Positions 58,799 through 64,000 of a DNA stretch of 64,000 bases are shown here, piece by piece. Made by a program: the position numbers and the translations under genes. The DNA comes from Nemertoderma westbladi (Eukaryota > Animalia > Xenacoelomorpha), in contig JAUCBJ010008759.1 of assembly GCA_032718475.1 (NCBI GenBank), forward strand, positions 1 through 64,000. The letters are read 5' to 3'. Within the stretch, counting starts at the first letter, position 1. The number at the start of each line of letters is the position of its first letter. The notes under the pieces are model-generated. The model was not told the origin of the DNA. It worked only from the letters and a program-made list of their open reading frames with translations, and did no database searches.

Positions 58799-59755
58799 GA
58801 AAGCTAGCGCATGCGCATTTAGTTGTCGTTTTTCTGAGAATTAGATCCCTCTCAGAATTCTGTACTAAGTACGGTCGTTTCAGACTTTGGCCCAAGAACA
58901 TCTGATGGCCTTAGTTATAAGAACGTAAATCTATTAACTGAATCACTGGTCATACATTTCAAACTGAACTTCATGAACACATACTGACTGTCCACCGCAC
59001 TGTTTTACTGCTGTTTTATATTGTGTTAATTATTGTTTATATTAATGGATGTTATATTTGGAGAATACCGATAAATAATCGTAAACCCCTCAATCTTCTT
59101 GATTACTGAGGTAAGCGGAGAAAGAGTTTACCGGTAGCAACTGCGACTTAAATTATAGTGGTTTTTGTGTGAATTAAATGTTATTTCATAATCCCTACGT
59201 GTGTCCAGTTGCAATCCTCCTTATATATGATCAAATTCAGTGACGGTCGGCAAATTAGTGTGAAGTAGTGTAAAGTAGTGTGAAGTCGTGTGAAGTCGTG
59301 TGAAGGTTAATAAAGCATCTCCTAAAGAATGCGCTATTTACGAAACTCTGTGGCCATCTAGTTGTGATTAGTGTAATTTATAACTCTGTCTTCATACTTA
59401 AAGCGCCACGTCCTAAAGGAACTGTTAATATTTCCCCGAAAGTAAATATAGTTGTCAGAGATTATATAGTAGCGATCAATCGAATAATACAAAGTAGCTT
59501 ACACCGCAATACTTCCGAAGGAACCCGAATCCAGTCTCCCACACCATGGGTCATACGCCGCGCACGGACTGGCTTCGGCAGATGTAAATTCAGTAAACCA
59601 GGTAATTGGTACGGGCAAAGTCGATTCATAATCAAAAGGACAATTAAAATTGGCAGGTTAAACTGCTAAAGGTCTGAAAGCGCGAACAAGTGTTATAGGG
59701 GTATATTACCCCAAATGAAAGTGAGATTTTCGAAAAATTCTTATACAATTTTTTT

Positions 59756-61313
59756 TATGTGACGGGATCCTAGTTGGCTCGGGATCCCGACTGGATTGAC
59801 TTTTCGCGACGACGTTTTCTATGCGTCGCCGCGTTGGCGAATACTGATGGCCGAAGGCTCAGTAAAATAAGAGTTCTAACGTTGTTAATACAGTAGTTGG
59901 TGTATAATAGGTCGTTAATTTAGTTACTGGTAAATGCTGAAATGATTACAGCACAAACTGATTGGTTACAGCTGACTGTGAAAAACTTGTTCATCGTCTA
60001 CAGTGAATAGATGCCAACTGGTCAGAATACACTCGTGACTGTTAATATTATGTAAATGGGGAAATACATTGCCTATAGGATAACACGTTTGGCCTCCAAC
60101 CGATACACTCCAAATCGAGATGTGCTGGCCTCCCATTGGTCAGCTCACCACGCCCTGTTTCTGCCTCCCAGTAACAGCGTCGAGACGGGTAAAATTTGTA
60201 TGGGTCTCCTAATGATAGTCTCACATAGACTATTTTTCAAAAATAGATACATGATACTGTAGATAATAATTGTATTCTTAAATTATTACTTGTTCGCTCG
60301 AATATACCACAAAATCGCACTTTTTTCCCTAGGGAAAAAAGTAACCCATAGAAATGCATTTACTAATTAATTTTAAATGCATTCTAAATAAATTTTACTA
60401 TTTTTTTCCCAGCGAAAAATAGTAAAATAAAATATTTTTGGTGGAATTTTTTAAATTTTATTACATGTTTTGAATGAGCATCGAAGTAGAAAAGGTTTAC
60501 ACGTAATTTTATCAAAATCCATTCATACACTCAAAAAGGTATTTGAACTTTAGTGTCTGCAAGGCGAACTCCACAACGGAAGTCAATATCAAATATTGGT
60601 TTATGTTGTTAAACGGCTATCTAGTTACATAATAAATATTCGAGAACACTAAATTATTTACCATTGAGTAAGGCAGCATCAGGAGTTGAAGAGTGCAATA
60701 ATTGGAATCACAGTAACTATGGAAGCTATATAGTAACATACTATAAAGTTAAATTTATTTCATACCGGTCACACCATATTTGTAAGCAGATCCATTCCGC
60801 TCTAATTTCCAACCTACAATGGGAAAGGGAGCCAATTTAACAATATTGGACACAGATAAATACCGAGCCAATTAGTGGGCCCGACGCCAAATTACAGCCA
60901 CAGGGAAAGGTGGATGATGCAATAGGGCCAGCTGGTGGGTGAGTTGGACCAATGGGAGGGCGGCATGTGGCGTGTATCAGCCAGAGGCCAATGAATCATG
61001 TTAGCTTCCTAAAGGCAATGAATTATTCCCATATATATTACTGGCCATTCATTGTGCAGCCAGTTGGCACTCATTCCATATAGTGCAGAGGTGAAATAGT
61101 TTTTCACCGTTACGCTACACTACGCTGTGTTACCAGTACCAGTATATTTAACATCTGTCGATTAACAGTAAAGTTCACCCCAATATACTCTTTCATTCAC
61201 CGGCCTACGGCCAAGTCAACCACCACCCAGTCAGCAGCCAGCGCGAGCGCGTAGGGAACTTCACTACAGTCAACCCGGTCGGGATCCCAAGCCAACAAGA
61301 TCCCTTCAAAATA
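59756..61313. mobile_element. Non-autonomous TIR element (imperfect ~45-bp inverted ends)
   Basis: gggatcctagttggctcgggatcccgactggattgact (59764) versus agtcaacccggtcgggatcccaagccaacaagatccc (61268-61304). No coding capacity; TSD not identified. Confidence 0.6.
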
Positions 61314-61632
61314 TTGCTCTATATTTTATTAATGAATTAAGTAACAAAAAGTACCAATTTAAGAATAAAAATATTCTCTCGACACTTTATTAACCTCGCT
61401 GACGCTCGGGAAATAAAATGCCTCGAGAATAGTGAAAAAAGGATCCGCTTGCTTTAAAATATATGTAATAAATAATTATATTTCGTATTGGCCTGTTATA
61501 TTTGGTAAAGTAAAAAGGCAGTATTATAATAAGATTACAGAATAACTTTAACATAATCTACATAGTAAAAATATCGCGGGTAAAATATATATAATTTTTG
61601 TATATGTGTTTAACATCCATAGATTGTATAAA

Positions 61633-61982
61633 TTATTAAGTATTTAATCAGGACTAAGGATGATCCAACTCTATAGCAAATGGAGCGGAAAAAATGAATT
61701 CGCCACCAGCGGTGTTCGAACCCACGTCTCCCGATAAACGTTCAGGTATGCTAAGAGGCATACCTGAACGTTTATCGGGAGACGCGGGTAACGTTCAGGT
61801 ATGCTAAGAGGCATACCTGAACGTTTATCGGGAGACACGGGTAACGTTCAGGTATGCTAAGAGGCATAACTGAACGTTTATCGGGAGACGCGGGTTCGAT
61901 CCCTGCTGGTGGCGAATTCATATTTTCCGCTCCATTTGCTATAGAGTTGGATCATCCTTAGTCCTGTTTAATTACTTAATAA
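61633..61982. mobile_element. Fold-back element of inverted tRNA-like halves with three central 53-bp hairpin units
   Basis: ~120-bp near-perfect inverted arms; B box GGTTCGATCCC at ~61893, and GGTTCGAACAC on the minus strand at ~61712-61722. Confidence 0.85.
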
Positions 61983-62924
61983 TATATAATTTTTACTATA
62001 ATTTTTGGACTGAGAACTTATTGCTTCTGTGACAGAATCTAGGAGTTGGTTTCTAAACCCCGACCGGTGGTGTGTTGTTTGGTACTATACGCATCGCCGC
62101 GTCTGTAGGCTGGTGAAAGGCTGTAGTCTGAATATTGAGGCCGAAGGCCGTAGGAATAACTGAGGTTTTAGTGTAAGTTGTTATAATGTCAGAACATAAT
62201 AATAGCACCGTCAGAATATAATAGCACGGTAGTGACGACGGTTAAAAACCGTTCCGGTCTCACAACTCTACAGATACCAACTGAATCAGAATTAATAAGT
62301 ACAAAGGTTATATTGTTAACACATATTAGTTACTCCTACTGTACTGAGCGGCCTGGCCAATAGATGCGTTCCAATCACCTGTTTTTCCCCTCTCATCATT
62401 GGCTAACCTAATTAATTTCCATCTCGCCACTCCCTGCTGCCACTATCCCCACGTGCTAGCCCCTTTGTCCCTCTGAGATGGTTTATGACCTCTCAACTTT
62501 CTTTGTGGCTGGCGATGTGTATCGCCTAAGTTGGTTATTAGGTGACATTATTATTGGTAATGTCACCTTCCCAACTATAATTGGTAAAATGCCACTTTGC
62601 CCATTTTCTGCTGGGTAGTGTAGGGAATTTAATCCGCTTACAGCTTCCAACGGAAATACTATGTAACAATAATAATAGAAACTAAAATATACAGTGATTT
62701 ATATTATAATAAAAAATGTTGTTGATATAATTTTTTGTAAAAAAAAAAACAAAAATAATAGGTAGCACTGGTACCATAGAAACTAAAATAAACAGTGTCT
62801 TATTAAATAACCATAAAAAAAACACTACCTTCGAAAAAAAAACTTTCTACCATGAAAATGTTCTTTACTCGAGATATATTTATTGTGATAATTTTTACTT
62901 GCTATATTTCTCAACACTCAATAT

Positions 62925-63065
62925 TTTTTCACGATATTTTTATACACGATATTTTTACACGCGATAGTTAAACTCGCGATATTTTTACACGCGATATTTT
63001 TACCCGCGATTTTTTTACACGCGATATTTTTACACGCGATATTTTTACTCACGATATTTTTAAAG
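62925..63065 (+). repeat. Degenerate ~15-bp tandem repeat (acacgcgatattttt)n
   Basis: Directly visible, ~9 copies. Confidence 0.85.
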
Positions 63066-64000
63066 TCTCGATGTTTTTCACCAATCACAAATACCGAATA
63101 TTAATGTATACGTTTAATATTTAATAAAATAGTGCAGTGAGACTAAACGTGTGGGCCAAGGCAAGTAAGGGATAAACATAATGACAGCAAAAGTATACGT
63201 TTACTTATTCACCTGACAAATATTATTACCAAAATGGAAAGGGAAAACATCAACTTTATCCACGAAAAGATGAAAAAATTGTTATTTCTAATTTTACGAT
63301 AAAGTATTCAAACAATTTCATCAATATTTATTTAATAAACATTCAGCAGATTAGGTTAGACAATAATGGCGTAGGTAGTTTAAATCGAAATTTGAATATT
63401 GTGGGGCGAGACACGTATGGCGAGCCATCAGCGAACTGATATAATTATACTATGGCTACCAGACTAAAAGTCTGTGTGTGTGTGTGTGTGTCGGAAGACA
63501 TAAATGTCGGAAGCCATAATCGAAGTTAATATCTTCAGCTAAATTGTATGGTTGAGTCATTTTGAACGGTCTCTCCATGAAAATTAATTGTTTAGCACCA
63601 TACGATTAAAGTTATTTTGCACAGAAATTAGATATCTGGAATCCATGTACCCCATTCCATTATAGTTTTTTATTTTTTCAAGTGATTTGCGTTAATAAAT
63701 GTATTTTTAATTGATTTAAACATAATTAACATTGTAAATTCATACCCTGATTCCATTCTCCTCCATAGAGCCTAAGGCATGGCAAGGGCAGCGGTGCCCA
63801 ATAATATTTCTTTAAGTTCTACATTACTAACATGGCAAGCTAAAGTCATTGACCATTGTGCCTAGGCTAGTACACAGGGACATAGTAGTCCTGTATAAGG
63901 AATAGTGCTCCTTCAATACATCTCAACAGACATCAATTCATTTGCCTGTGCCTACCAACGCGTGCTCCATAACATAACATATATTCTTGATTTCCATCAC

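Larger units (their letters stand above)
42674..59688 (+). mobile_element. BEL/Pao LTR retrotransposon #3, near full-length and decayed, with a nested CRE insertion
   Basis: Direct repeats 42674-44095 and 58155-59688 both end in GAACA. Internal gag, protease (LLDSGS ~49612), RT (NMDD), RNase H and integrase fragments with stops and frameshifts. Confidence 0.92.
56560..59688 (+). repeat. 3' LTR of BEL #3 (~3.1 kb; start inferred)
   Basis: TGTGA at 56560 follows a purine-rich GGAGTGGGTA just after the pol stop (PPT position); ends GAACA at 59688, giving TGT...ACA termini. Only 58155-59688 can be checked against the truncated 5' copy. Confidence 0.7.

Overview
AT-rich animal (invertebrate-like) genomic DNA made up mostly of nested transposable elements; it is not prokaryotic. 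The only host gene segment is a GC-rich terminal exon (5887-6787) whose C-terminus matches afadin/Canoe motifs. Its upstream intron holds a Gypsy RT fragment and a decayed LINE split by a hAT element. Downstream lie three + strand BEL/Pao LTR retrotransposons: one with an open 2,000-aa gag-pol cut in RNase H, one whose gag is cut by a ~7.4-kb 42-bp satellite, and one near-complete but decayed. There are also two CRE-like non-LTR copies, Helentron/DINE-like and MITE-like elements, and mini/microsatellites. Most notable: (i) an inverted pair of tRNA-like (Pol III A/B-box) units whose anticodon arm is replaced by a minimal hammerhead ribozyme (8805-9345); (ii) an inferred ~3.1-kb BEL LTR carrying a ~400-aa Cys/His-rich accessory ORF with its own TATA/Inr, with a triple hairpin repeat where the PBS should be; (iii) a CRE reverse transcriptase with a ~110-aa duplicated insertion in its palm. 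All calls come from reading motifs by eye; no database search was run.
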